From Takakia lepidozioides (Eukaryota > Plantae > Bryophyta), in NCBI GenBank assembly GCA_030704615.1, contig CM060734.1, forward strand, positions 11,904,001 through 11,968,000: 64,000 bases of DNA, written 5' to 3'. Shown here piece after piece: positions 25,296 to 38,570 of this stretch (the stretch's first letter is position 1; the number at the start of each line of letters is the position of its first letter). Position numbers and translations under genes: made by a program. The notes under the pieces are model-generated. The model ran no database searches and was not told the origin of the DNA. It was given only the letters and a program-made list of their open reading frames with translations.

Positions 25296-26760
25296 CACCG
25301 TCTCTCCAATCCCCTCAATATGTAATGACTACCTTATAAGCCAACCAGACACAGACATATGCTCACTACTACAGCAACTACACAATTTACCCCCACTACG
25401 CCACAAATACCTAGCACCTCCACACTATTTGCACAACTTACACGAATCTCTCAACCTGCTTGCAAGCTAAGCCTGGGGAAGTACATGGGCTATTAGGCGA
25501 ACATCTGGCACACCCAACCACCGCCACACAAGAGTTAAATACCATCTCCAAGACAACCAGCATATAGCCCAGTAGTAATGGGCACATACCACGTTGGATG
25601 TGGTTGTGGGTTCAAACCACGGTCTGGTGTGTCATGAAGGTGTCCACCTTTCAGCTGGAAGGCAGTAGCCCTTGTGGTGAAGTGACACCATAAGTTACGC
25701 TCCCTTCGGGAGGCGTCATACTTTACTTACTTTACTTTTTCTACCATCTCCAACAAATTTCCATTCCTTTTCGAGAATATTCTCAAGGCAACCCTACAAG
25801 CCAAGGCAGTCATCCCACGATATCTACCCCCACTAGTGCTAGCACCACCCACCTCACCTTGCACCAACAGTCCCGTCAGATTACCACCTCTAGAACCCCC
25901 TAGATCCTCTAACCTCCCGCATTTCCCCTCCCGCACATAATGCACACTCACTCCACATAATAACTTGGAATGTAGGCTCATTTACTACCAGCATTCAAAG
26001 TTTAATTCATCTCACAAACTCTACACCCCCACATATCTTCCTCCTACAAAAAACTCAACATACACAACCCCAATAGTTCTTATATCAACAAACTCCTCCC
26101 AGCGGCCAGCCTATTATATGCAATATGGCAACTCGCTCACAACTGCTCAATGCCTCAACAAGCGCTCCGTGCCATATCATCCCACCCGGGGTGGGGTGGC
26201 TCTTGGCATCCTCCGTACACATCACTCCCCTAGTACTACGATTAAAATACCTGTCGATCTCCCCCTACGGTCGCACCTCCAAATCATCGAACTACACCTC
26301 CCCGCGCTCCCCTCTATTACCCTCATACACTTATACATGCCATCACACACTGATGATCTACCTTTGATCCCGGATATCCTACTCACCATATCCAAAACAC
26401 TCAACCAACCCTCTACCCACTCCTAGCAATATATCCTAGCAGGTGACTTTAACAGAGACATTGCCCTACTGGGCCACACATACATTGGTAACATAAATCT
26501 CCATCTGCAGCTGATCGCGAGTGGGCAAAATTTACTCAAACACATCACCTCCGCTATAATACCCGCCAACCACCACTACTTTAGACAAGGGGGACTCAAC
26601 TACTCCTCTTTAAGCCTTCTCGATGGTTTTTACCTAAAAACACAAAATGAGATCCTAACATACCTCAACAGTCATGTACATATTAATAGTATATGCAACT
26701 CAGATCACTACCCTGTCTTTGTAACCATCCCACCATCTCTCATCCCCTTCAGACCCATAC
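25296..26760 (+). mobile_element. Dualen/RandI-like LINE copy B (region upstream of APE plus APE domain), decayed
   Basis: PTRGGVALGILRTHHSP, LIHLYMPSHTDDLPLIP, ILAGDFNRDIALLGH and NSDHYP are nearly identical to copy A. Confidence 0.85.
25552..25741 (+). mobile_element. tRNA-derived SINE with 12-bp TSD
   Basis: TSD TACCATCTCCAA at 25540-25551 and 25742-25753. A-box-like TAGCCCAGTAG (25565), B box GGTTCAAACC (25609-25618), acceptor-like stem ACCAG/CTGGT, and a CTTTA/CTTA repeat tail. Confidence 0.8.
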
Positions 26761-27160
26761 CAGGGTTGTTGCAGCCTACGGTGGACAAAATGAAACACAC
26801 CATGAGTCCCTAAAAGTACATAAAGGGGGATGTGGCGAATCCTCAACCATTGGATTCGCTTCAATTTACGATCTCAACCGTCCATTATTGACCATTAAAG
26901 ACTTTATTTTCAAATTGTGATAGTTTTAGATCACGATAGTTTTTTTCAGATTTGACCTTAATCCACCCTGGGGGTCTACCCTTGGTCTATGTATTTAATG
27001 AGGTAGTGTTGATATTTCAAAGAATTCTATATGTAAAGGACTTCACGAAAATAGTTATTTTGAAGGCTCAAGATAGTACATAAAGTTTATTTTACTTTAC
27101 ATTTTTGAGTGGATGTTTTCATTCTAGATTCTTTATCCCTCAAAACACATTTGGTCAAGG

Positions 27161-29340
27161 TTTTTTTTTTTTTTTTTTTTTTTCCAAAAATTTAATTAAT
27201 AAAAATAAAATAAAATAAATTTAAAGAACAGATATTGCCCTGATTAAATTTATTCATGAATTATTTGGGGATAAAAATTAAAACCCCGATTAAGCCATAA
27301 GGCACACACACTGTAATCAGTGTAATAAGAGCCATGCATCCAACAAGTTGGATTATGATCTGGGACAGATCCCAAGAGAGAAAAACCACTTAAATGTAGC
27401 AAGCCTATTCCGATTGCCGGTCCTTAAACGAATGGACCCTTTGACCCTATACTGGTAGTCTCACGAATCAGAGGACTCAGATTTTGCCCATTGACCTTAC
27501 CCGAAGCAGAATGATTTAAGAGTAATTAAGTCTAGAGGCTTTGGAAGTGGTCTTGAGGTGTTTCCAGTTGACATCGCGTTCAAACTCCGACGAACGAATG
27601 GAGGGGGACCCGCATGTCATCCCACGCTGGGGAAGGGAGCTCTGTCCAGACACATTTGTCTTGCAAAGGGGAGTGGCAGATGATTCCTGCACAGCCCCAA
27701 GAACTGCAGAAAGCTGCGTGGATATCGCTGGCGCTCCCGGAATTGCGTTCCATGTCTGTACACGTTTTAGCCCAAGCCTAACGGGCTTCAGTTTGAAGAT
27801 CATAAAAAATGGTGGAAAGAAGCGCAGAGATAGTGACGGTCATTCGAGAGAAGATATTCTTACACCGTAACTTCCACATGTGCCATAGCATGGATCCTCT
27901 GAGGGTTTCAAATACAAGACAACTCACAGCTCTGGTTTTTGTGTTCTTGTCGTAGTTTAGAAGTAGATGGGTTTCGGATAGGGCAGATGGGTTCTAGTGT
28001 AGATATAGAGATTTCACCAATGGCCATATCTTGGATGATGCTTGGCAGTGAAGCAAACAGTGTTCCAGGGTTTTCTGCATGGCGGAAGAGCAGCACGCAC
28101 AGAGGACTGATGCCTGGAATTGGAGCCATTCCCCTACTTTAAGAACCCTATTTGCAACTTGCCATAGAAAGGCAGAGATTTTTGTAGGACGAGTTTTGAT
28201 CCATATTGAGCCCCAGATAACTGATCACTTTTCATCACGAATTCCATGGGTTTCCCATTTTAGGTCCCATTTAGAGAGCATTGGTTCTGTTTTGGCTAGT
28301 ACCCTGTAACCTTTCTTGATTGTGTATGAAAAAAAAGGGTCCAGCGATCTGTTGAAGGTCCATGACCATTCTGCAGGGTCTATATCAAGCTCCGCCAAGG
28401 GTCTTCCAAAGATCCATACAAAAGTGTTAGAGGCCAGCCAATCATTAACTGGAACAGATAACGGAGGCAGTGGGTTGAAGGCTCTATCTTGCGAAGACCA
28501 ATGGCAGATTCTTCGGAGTGAGAGAGAAGGGTTTAATGAGATAAGGGGATTTTGAGGCTAGTGTGAGCACAAGAGTGACCGTGTTGATGTGGAATATGAA
28601 GATGGTAAGTTCCTGAGCAGTTGCGTACTGGACAAAAATGACTGATAATTGTCCCTGGAAAATGGCCAAGCCCCATAAATTGTCCGCAATCCCAGGGGGT
28701 CCTGAATCCAGGATAGTTAACCATTGGGGGTTTATGGATGAGATGAGAGTTTGATATCCCCTGTTCGCCCTCCCCTTGCCTACCAGATGTGAGACGCTTT
28801 CCTTGGGTTGGAGAGACCTGTTTTTCCAAATATTGTTAATTTGGTTGATTCCCAGTTTGTCCCAGCAAGACCATCGTCTGGCCTGGTTACGCTGTGAGGG
28901 ATTTGGGGTGTTTGTATTGAGAAAGATGTGTTGTCTGAGCACTTTGTAGAAGGATTTTGGATGGGCTTTAGCTAGGAATTTTCGGAGCTTGCCCCAAGCC
29001 TGCCAGATATTTCTCCATAGAGGTGATCCTCTTGCCTTGAGATTGAACCCATGTGCAATCCAGCCTAGGAAGGGTTGCCAGACTGGGACTTTGAGGGGCG
29101 AGGAAGCAATGATGTAGAAATTTCCAGCATCCTCCTTCTGGCCCCAAGAAACGTGGAATCCATTTTGCAAGAAGCGCATTGATTTTAGATTCCAAATCTA
29201 AAACCCCCAAGCCCCCCTTCTTTTTGGGAAGGCAAATTTGTTTCCAACTTACTTGTGGTCTTTTGTTGTATGTGGCTTTGCAAGCCCCCCAGATGTAGTT
29301 TCTAAGGAGGCCTCTAGCTTCTTGGACTTGTTTCGAGTCT
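27161..29340 (-). mobile_element. L1-clade LINE 3' part with poly(A) tail, cut at 29340 by a CACTA end
   Basis: RNYIWG...VSWKQICLPKKKGGLGVLDL...NALLAKW, a zf-RVT-like C..C....LEHCLLHC...IW near 28020-28170, and poly(T) at 27161-27183 on the + strand. Confidence 0.88.
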
Positions 29341-29400
29341 CACTACAGGAAAAGGGGGGGGGGGGGGGGGGTAGTGACGCCGCGGAAACGGCGCAGCTTT
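29341..29400 (+). mobile_element. CACTA (En/Spm) terminal inverted repeat, left end
   Basis: CACTACAGGAAAAGGGGGGG at 29341 abruptly truncates the L1 ORF. Confidence 0.85.
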
Positions 29401-31925
29401 GATCCGATAGCTGGCGAGAGGGAGAGAGAGGGAGAGATCAGGAATCTCTGTCCCTCTCCCTCTCTCTTTTTAATTTTTTCTGCCCCCTCTCTCCCTCTCT
29501 GTTTTTTTTTTTTGTGAGCAGCACAAAAGAGAGGGAGAGAGAGGGAGAGATCAGGAAACCAAAAAAAAAAAGGTGTGGGGGGGGGGGGGGTGACTGAGCA
29601 GCTCCCCGCCCCCCCCCCCACATTTTTTATTTTTTTCTTTGTTGCCCTCTCTCTCCCTCTCTCTCCCTCTAGAAATTGGGTTTATGGAATTGTTGTCCCG
29701 ACTTCAATTTTTGAAAAAATTGAAAAAATTGGGTTGCAGGGAATTTTGGATGTTTTTCATCCAAAATACATTTTTTTCCTAGTGAAACATTTCTTCACTA
29801 AATACCTGTGAGGTTTTTTGCTTCATCCGAACATCAAACCGGAATATACTGATTGCAAAACTCCCGTCAGTTTGTTCAATCCAACCTGGATGAAAAAAGG
29901 ACTTCATCTGACAAGATCTAAATACGGGGCAAGACAGGTATAAAAAAGTTTAAAAGAAAAAAAACCCCCGATGTTTTTCATCTAACCTAGATGAAAAGCG
30001 GACTGCATCCGTCGAGTTCAAGACAGGATGAACGCACGATGTTTTTCATCTTCCGCGAATGAGAAACGGACAACGTCCGTCGGACGTACAGGCTGGCAGA
30101 TGTTTTTCATCCTGAGAATGATGAATGACGGGCCAGACAGGGGAAAACCCTGCGCAACCCTAATGTCTTTCTTTTTGCGCTGCGAGAGCGCGCGCGATGG
30201 CGGCTTGGGAGGAGCGATGGTGCTCGTGCTGCAGATACCTTGAGCTACCAATCCTTGAGTGTTTATGGCTCCTGTGAGCACCGCCTAGGCGGGCTCTTTA
30301 AGGCGATGGCTGTGGCTTAGAGATGAGGGAAGATTCACTGTCTCTGTTGTCTGTTTTTTTGCTGCACAAGGGAACCGCGACAGTGATGGCGGAGATACCA
30401 CCTGCATGCTTATGACGTTTCCCTAGGAGCCCTCCTCTAGATCTTTGATGAATGGCGGCGTCTTGGTAGAACAAGGAAGTCTCTCTCCCTCCCTTTATAA
30501 ACCCTACCTTTTGAGGCCAAGCTCTTTTTTCTTGTGCTTGGCAAGACTTTGCTTTGGTTAAGGTAGCAGTGCTGTGGTGCTAACGGAGTCCTCCCTGCAC
30601 GGTTAGGCTTGTGGAGAGATGACGACTCTCCCCCAAACAGTAAAAAAGGTTTTTTTCTGTTTGTTTTGCTTCCCTGCTTTCTTTGGCATTCTCTGCGCTT
30701 AGATTGAAGTGTATTTGACCTCGATAGCAAGTGTGGAAGCCTGCTATACCTCGTGCATCCTCACTAACTCACAATGCATTGTGATTGTTTTTGGGACGGG
30801 CACATGTGAGGGCTTCCACTTAATATTCTGATGTCTAGGTGCTGCTGGATGCCAAGTGGGATTGCAGAGCAGGGGAAGGAATCGCTTGCCAGGGACTCAT
30901 CTTAAAATGTTGAAAAACTAAACTACTCTATGGTTTTTCTTGATCCTACCTCTTTCCTTCTTTTATTTTTGAAGAACAAGTGTAATGATTTCTACGATGG
31001 GCTATTTTCGGCCCAGCCAATGGAAGACCTTTGCTTTGTTGTGACAGCCGGGTTTATGATGGCTTGTGTGAGAGACACACATCTGTTTTCCAGGCCCTAG
31101 TTTGCTTTGCTTACCTTATGGTAGTTGGAAACAATTTGAGAGGCTGCAAGGAACTGTTTGTTACAGCTATTCGGGTACCCATATTGGCCCCTGTTATGTT
31201 CCAACCCGGATGGCTTTGTTAGCTAGATGCTTAGGCCAGGGTATGGTGAAGATTGGTAACTGGTTTTTGAGGCAGCCAGGGTGGTCAAGTGGAAATACCC
31301 CCTAGACATGGTGTAATGACATGGTCAAATGTGGAATGATGTGAATAGGATGTACTGACAGTATTATATACTATCACATGATGTGTATGCAGTCCTTTAT
31401 CTTTACCTTGCTGGGTCACGAGCTTTGATTTTCAGCTGTAGCAAGAAAGAAAGGTATAGGGGTATTCTGAAAAACTTACTAGACATATCCACCTCCCCTG
31501 TGGGGGCAAGCTGTGCTGCAGACCAGTCTAAACAAATACTAGCAGGACAAGATATTTAAATCTGTGATGTCCAAGTGTTCTTCTTGTTCTTTTTGTTTTG
31601 GAAAAAAAACCCTCCATGACACCCATGGGGTTTGAGTAAGTATGCTTGGATTACAGCTTGCGGACAGTAAATCTGTATGACCATTTGACCTGCAACACAT
31701 CAAGGCCAAAATATGGCCAAGTACCCGCCATCCCACCCAGACCTCTGAATGTGTATCATGATCATGACTGGTGGTCAATCAGCATCAGTGGCATACTCTT
31801 TGGGTTATGAATAATACTGACATGAACACATTATTGTGCATGGATGTAATTCTGGATTTTCTAAGCTTGATGATTGATGGATGGTGCCACTGTTAAGTGG
31901 CTGATATGTCTGATTATTCTTTCAT

Positions 31926-32361
31926 GACAACGACCCTAGGGGTCCTGTCCTTGTCTTGACGTGACAAAAAGTATCTTCCCTCTCTCTTTTTAATTTTTTC
32001 TGCCCCCTCTCTCCTTCTCTGGTTTGTTTTTTTTGTTAGCAGCACAAAAGAGAGGGAGAGAGAGGGAGAGAGAGGGAGAGATCGGGAAACCAAAAAAAAA
32101 GAAAAAGTTGGGGGGGAGTGACTGAGCAGCTGTCCCCCCCCCCCCACCTTTTTTTTTTGCTTTGTTGGCCCCTCTCTCCCTCTCTCTCCCACTCTCTCCC
32201 TCTCTTTTGTCTCTGTCCCTCTCCCTTTTAAAAAAAAACTTTTCTGCCCCCTCTCTCCTTTTTTTTTTTTTTTTTCTTAAAAGTAGCACAAAAGAGAGGG
32301 AGAGAGAGGGAAGATACTATGTCTTGTCAAGACATGGACAAGACCTGACTAGGTCATTGTC
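31926..32361. mobile_element. MITE/foldback-like element with imperfect TIRs of about 60 bp
   Basis: The left arm gacaacgaccctagg..gtcctgtccttgtcttgac..agtatcttccctctctc matches the reverse complement of the right arm. No clear TSD. Confidence 0.7.
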
Positions 32362-34810
32362 GGATTAATGACAAATCAGGCCTCATATAACAAGGCATTA
32401 TCAACCATTCTTCATTCACAAGTTAGCTTTATGACAAATCCCAGACTTCAAAGTCAATGAAATCTCTTGGTGGGGGGGGGTGGGAAAAATTAGAGACTCA
32501 ATTACCACTGTTCATAGCAGGAAACATTTGCTTAGCATGCTAAAAAGTGCCATTCATGATGCTGCAGTTTGTATTGTTTGGCCAGCTTACATACCAAGGC
32601 ATAACCACCCATCCTATTTTATTGTTGGCCCACAAACTAGTTTAGTTTTGAGTTCTTTGTATCACTCCATACCAAAGTGATTGAGCAGTAAGAATCCATG
32701 TCCAAATAAGGAACCATTGATCACTGTTCATAGCAAGAAATGTCTGTTTATCTTAAAGAAGCCATTTATGATCACATAAAAGGCTTAAGAACTAAGTAAG
32801 AGCATTTCTTTGCATAAAGAACATCACCAAAGCAAGGTTACAGACTATTTTTTGGCAACTTATACATCTGGGTATAATCAGTTGCCCTATTTTGCACATC
32901 AGGTCGCGTTCGGACACCATGTTTTTTGCCCCATGATCTGTTTTAGATCTGGGGCTGGTGTGTATATTCAATGACAGGGCAGAGTAGTGTTCCCACATCT
33001 TATTCCATGCCCCAAGACCAAGTTCTATGTCCGGGGCAGGGAAATCATCACCATAACAGGCTGTAATCAGATTTACATGCCATGCAATCATTCATAAAAA
33101 ACACACAGAGGGTCTGAATTGCTCATTCCATCAGGCCTGCAGGCTGTCTTGGTATCATTTATCCTAAAGCAATCTGAATACAGGGCCTGAATCCGTTTCT
33201 TCACAACCCACAATGGCTTACCACCATGGACTTTTGTCCAAAAACTTTTATAAAAAAAAGCAACCATGGGCATATAACCAGGGACCATATTTGGCCAAAG
33301 AGGAGCCAGCCACATCAGTTTCGCATGGCACTATGTGTCCTAAAGTAGCCAGCTCCTAAAAGAGGTCAGGCTTACAAAGCTTTATAGTAAAGAACACTGT
33401 CTGGTCAAAAACCAGATCTGTCCTAAGTTGCAGCTTGTTACCAAATATCTTAAAGCCACCAGCTTGTCACATAAATGCTTCATTGTCACAACAAGATGCC
33501 ACAGGGAACAAGAGAAAAACACCCTAATGACTGAGTGTCCACCATACCAGGTTAAGAACAAGAGCCATCAAGATCAAGGGAAAGAGGAAGAAAGGTTTAT
33601 TCTCCCCCAAAGATACAGATGTCATGGCGTTGCTTCTTCAACTCGATTCCAATCAACTTCAAGCTTTAAAATGAGGACCCTCACCTGGTCCCATCACATG
33701 CAATAAAAGTTAGAGAAGATGTGGAACCCCAGGTGATTCACAAGTCTCACGCTTGTTATCGCTGTACAACATGCATCCCAAAGCAAGGGCAGAGAGGAAA
33801 TAGAGCATGTACAAACCAATACCTTGATGGCTTGCAGAAGAGAGGCCTGCGCCATGGCTCCCAAGACCAGCAAACAAGAATGCACAAAGAAAGTGAATTG
33901 CCCAAACATTTTAAAAGGTTCAGTCACTTCCCTGAGGTCTTAAGATGCGTCGCTGTATCTTAATGATCAATGAAGGTCACAACAAGCAAACACAGCCTAG
34001 GTAGATTGCCCGCCAAACATGAGAGACAACCGCCACAGGGGAATTGTAGGTACTGCCGCCATTGCGCACCCCAAGAGGGGAAGAAGGTACTGGAATCTTG
34101 CCAGAACACCTACAGGCCTTAAAAGCGCAGCTCCATAGCAGTCAAGGGCACCTGAATCGGGATCAATGCACACTCCGCCACCATCTCTCAACTCCCGCCA
34201 TCCCTTAAGCACGATCGTTGTGCAGAAGGTTAGGGCAGGGAGGAGATGAAGCGCGATTTCCCGTGATTTCATCCACGCGGGATGAAATCAACCGTAATTT
34301 CATCCGTGCGGATGAAATTAACGAATGAACGTTAATCTGCTCCCGATTTTTCATCTCTGTGTCATCCTCTAAGGATGACATCCAGATAGGGATGAAAAAA
34401 TAATAATAAGATGGCCACATTAGGATAAAAACATCACGACCTTATACCAAGAATTTCCAATATGGATGAAAAATCTCAAGAAGGTTAATTAGCGGTTAGG
34501 TAACATACCACTGGTCTTAAACTATCAAGTTTTAAGAGAACCAGCCAGATCCATGGAGGGAGGGAGAGAGAGGGAGAGAGAGAGGGAGAGATCAGGAAAC
34601 AAAATGAAAAAAAAAAAGTGGGGGGAGGAGGGGGTTTTGACTGAGCAGCTGCTGCTCAGTCCTCCCCCCCCCCACCCTTTTTTATTTTTGTTTGTTGCCC
34701 CCTCTCGAGAACGCAACACTTGCTGCTCTAAGCCCCCACATGTTTTTTTTTTTTTTTTCCGATCTGGAATGTAGAGGTTGTTTCCTGGTGAGGCCAACTT
34801 TTGGTTTTGA

Positions 34811-37044
34811 ATGACAGGTGCCAGGCTTATGGGGAAAGAGAAGAAGTCCTCTGCCCCAAAGAAAGGGGCGGAGAACCCGTATGCTCTGCCGACACGTGTG
34901 ACGCGGGCTGGCGTCTCACGGTTTACCAACCCCATCGACAGCCGCAGTCGGAGGAGTCAGCCGCCCCCCGAGGCCAGTCCCCCCCCCCCTCTTGTCCCCG
35001 TCTTGGATGCGCCAGGGGCCAGCTTAGCCAGCTCTCCTATTCGGGAGGTTGTTGCTGAGCCGGATGCTCAGTTGAGCACACCCCCAGCCACCAAGATGGG
35101 TGAAACGTACCTTGGCAAGCGCATCACCCGTTCGGGGGCCCGGTATGGGGAACTTTTGGATGTCACCCCTATAGCGACCCCTTCCTCCGTAGCGAAGGCT
35201 GCACTTGCCAAGGCCCAAGGTCAAGTTCAAGGGCCTTTGGAAGTGGTCGTTCCTAGCCCAATGTTGAGGATGAAGGAGGAGGAGATGAGGAGGGCCAATG
35301 AGGTGGTTGAGTTGAGGAAGCGGCTCGAATTAGTCAAGCCGGGTGAGGGCCTCGATCTTGTAGAGCATTGGGGGGGGGGGGGGGGGGGGGGACTACGGGC
35401 CGGTGGAGAGCCTAGCCGGTCAGTGACACCGCCCCCTCAGCCTGAGCGGTCAGCATTAAAAAAGGGCCTGGACCACGGGGCGCCGCCGCCGGCTATGCTC
35501 CACATCTGGAATCTACTTCTAGTGGCGCTCCGGGAGGGGATAGCGCGGGCACATCCGGCAACGGGGATTCCTGCCACATTGGGTGACACCGGGGGCGAGT
35601 CGGCCAAGCTTGCAAAGGTACAACTGTCGCACCTTGTTCCATGTTTTGTCCTTTCCTTTGCATGCATGATTTTCTTTGTTGTTTGTTTATTTTTTTGAAT
35701 TTGGGGGGTCAGGAGGCAGCAACATTCTTGGCCTCGTTGGCACAGTCCGGTGCGGTTGCCAATGAGGGAGAGCACGTGGTGTTCATGAAGGACCCGAACA
35801 CCAAAGGTAAGAAGAAGAGGCCTCGACCTCCCGAGGTCCCTTTTACCATCAATGAAGGGGCTGCCGAGGAGAGAGAGAGAAGGGAGAGGGAGAAGGAGAG
35901 AGAGGAAGTAGCAGGGAAGGGGAAAGAGATGGTCGTGGAGAAGGGGAAGGAAAAGAAAAAGAAGAAGAAGAAGTCCCGTGGAGACGAAGGGGTGAGTGTG
36001 CATGCGGGGGAGGGCAGTGGGGTAACAAAGGAGTAGGGGAAGGAGGCTACAAAGAAGGGAGAGGGTGGGAAGAAAAAGAAATCCTTGGGGATAGAGGACG
36101 TGGAGTTGGCAAAGATTGTGGTGCCACCGGTGGAGGTCAATCGCCATGGTGACCCCTGCGGTGCGTTTTGAAGAAGCCAGCCTTCAAACTTTGGCACATT
36201 GAGTGGGTTGATCAGCACTTTGGCACGAAGCGGGCGTATGCCTGTGAGTTAGACTGCCGGTTTCCAGGCAATTGGAGTGACACAAGGGTGATGGAGATGG
36301 TGGGGCGGAACTTGAAGGACAAGAGGTACCGTGCCAGAGAGATCATTTGGAGGGAAATGGAAAAGGGGGCCCAACCCAAACCACCTTATGGAATTACACA
36401 GGTTGGCAAATCCTTGAATCATTTCACCTTCCATTTGTTGCATGTGCATTAATGAGGTGGATTCGATGCAATGTATGTGTGTAATTCACTAATTGTTGGG
36501 GGGGGGGGGGGGCATAGGTATTGTGGGATGCACTCATTGCGGGAGAGAATGATGAGGCAAAGAAGGCCAAATTTGAGCAGGCACACAAAGCAACAACAGG
36601 CCGCCTTGACAAGCACGAATCCACACACAAGTGGGGCGCCGGCGGATCCAAGGGTTTTATCTTGCGATTTGTAAGTCATACTTCCCTATGTATTTTGTTA
36701 TGTCTTCTTTCTGGCTCCATCATTGTGAGGAACTGACTTTAATTTGTGGCATGTGTAGCAACGTGCAATTAAGAGGATGTCATCTCTGGTAGAGTACAAC
36801 TACGCCAAGGAGCATGGTTGGCAATCCCTCATGAAGCACATAGCCAACACGGAGGGGATGAGTGCACTACATGGCACTAGTATGGATGGGGGGGGGGGGG
36901 GGGGGTCATGGCCAGGGATTGGATGAGAGCTCTGTGGGACTTAGGGGAACGCTGCCTGCTTTAGGTGCTCTGGCAAAGGGTGCGGAGTCAGGCTCATCGG
37001 ATAGCTATGAGTTCTCCTCTGAGGATGAGGATGAGGATGACTAG
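34811..37044 (+). pseudogene. CACTA TnpA-like gene (Ptta/En/Spm Transposase_24-like), exons about 34811-35617, 35713-36401, 36518-36670, 36759-37044
   Basis: The spliced peptide KPPYGITQ|VLWDALIAGENDEAKKAKFEQAHKATTGRLDKHESTHKWGAGGSKGFILRF|QRAIKRMSSLVE resembles the TnpA W...R...H..G..G pattern. There is an internal stop at 36034 and a frameshift near 36168. It lies downstream of a CACTA TIR. Confidence 0.7.
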
Positions 37045-37321
37045 TTCTAGTCCGTGTATGTCCCAGGGTCAGCCTACTGAACCCTTGTGAGCAAAGCATT
37101 TCAGCTCATTACTTGTAAATATATTTCCATCTTTCCATCTTTCATCTTATTCATGTGTCGCACCGGCCTCACCCTCGATTCATGCTTGCTCAATTGTGTA
37201 CCTGCTAAATCAGAGCAATGGAAGCTGTAAGGTCTCCCAACATCCCAAAACAAAACCAGGGAAAAAACAAACACCACCCCCAATTCACCCCCAAAATCAA
37301 CCCCCAATCCGCCCCCCATCA

Positions 37322-38570
37322 CACGTTTATGGTAGTTGTTCGAGGAGGCACCTCCGTAGCGACGTTCCTTTAGTAGTTTGCGAAAACGTACCACCAGTGC
37401 TTCCTCCCCATCTGCCTTTTTGGCTTTGTTGGATAGACGAGTATCCTCCAAGATCATCCGGCCAGTGAGTTCATTCTAGACCAGGAAGCTCCTTCTCATT
37501 GGATACAGCTCGGGTGAGACCCTCAAAACTGTCTGGCAACGCGTTGATCAGTTGCTCAACGATCATTTCTGGAGTGGGATGATCACCAACCTCTATGAGC
37601 TCATTGATGACTTCGTTCATGTACCGCATGAATTCACTTACGGTAGTCCCCTCGGACATCTTCAAACTGTAGAAGCGGTTTCTCACAGCCAAACGTTTGG
37701 CATTGTTCTTGATCCCGAACAGTTTCTGCAGAGTGATCCATATTTCTTTGGGACCTGCACAATTCATGATAAAAGGAACAATGGAGTCATTAACTGAAAG
37801 CTTCAGAATAGCAAAGACCTTTTTAAATTTCTTCTTGTGAATGGTTGGATTAGAGTCACGGCCAGTGTATCCATCATCGACGGATTCGTCATCTGAATTA
37901 GGAAAGATGAGATCCCATAGATCTTCACTCTCTAGGATGCTCTGGATCCTGAACTTCCACATCGTGTAATTAGAGGTACCCTCGAGCTTATGGGCGTCAA
38001 TGAGCAGTTGCGCAGCCCCAGGCATGATGATAGATTTTTTTCAATAAAAGATAGATCAAAGGAGAAAGGAGGAGAGGAGAGGAGAGAAGATACAGTAGAA
38101 TAAGACAAGAAACAGTAAGACAAGGTTTTGAATAAACTAGGAAAAAAACTGATCCTCTCCTTCTGTCAACTACTAACCATATAGCACGCACAACAAGGAG
38201 TTAGCACAAATAGACCTTCTGCACTATCTGCTACCCTCGTAGCTTAAGTCAGGGTGGGTCCCTTCCTAGACACAGGACTTAACAACCAAGTACCTCAGCA
38301 GCTAACCGTATAGCGCTAGGCGCTCTGATACCATGTTGGAGTGATCAAACTATATTGATAAGATGAACTGAGCCAGAGGGCTCCATATATACTACTACAC
38401 CACTACTTGGTGATCACTTGATAAGTACTCATAAGAGGAGAGTGGAGGCACTAATGAGTAATGTGGCAAGCAACGTAACAACCTGCATGATAATTATTGT
38501 CCACTAGCAAATAAGGGAAACCTAGTAGGAGCTACTAGATGACAAGACGATGAGAGTGGTATTTCTGACA
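37322..38570 (-). mobile_element. Ty1/Copia 5' part (5' LTR about 38334-38570, tRNA-iMet PBS, gag N-terminus), inverted relative to the rest of the element
   Basis: PBS TGGTATCAGAGC on the minus strand at 38322-38333. Gag peptide KLEGTSNYTMWKFRIQSILESEDLWDLI...FYSLKMSEG...LINALPDSF. The outer LTR edge is approximate. Confidence 0.88.

Noticed and set aside
26761-27160. CAGGGTTG at the LINE truncation point as a hAT-type TIR
   Set aside because: No matching inverted end or 8-bp TSD was found.
29343-29811. ORFs in the GA/homopolymer blocks (also 31914-32368 and 34525-34935)
   Set aside because: Low-complexity translation products with no coding signal.
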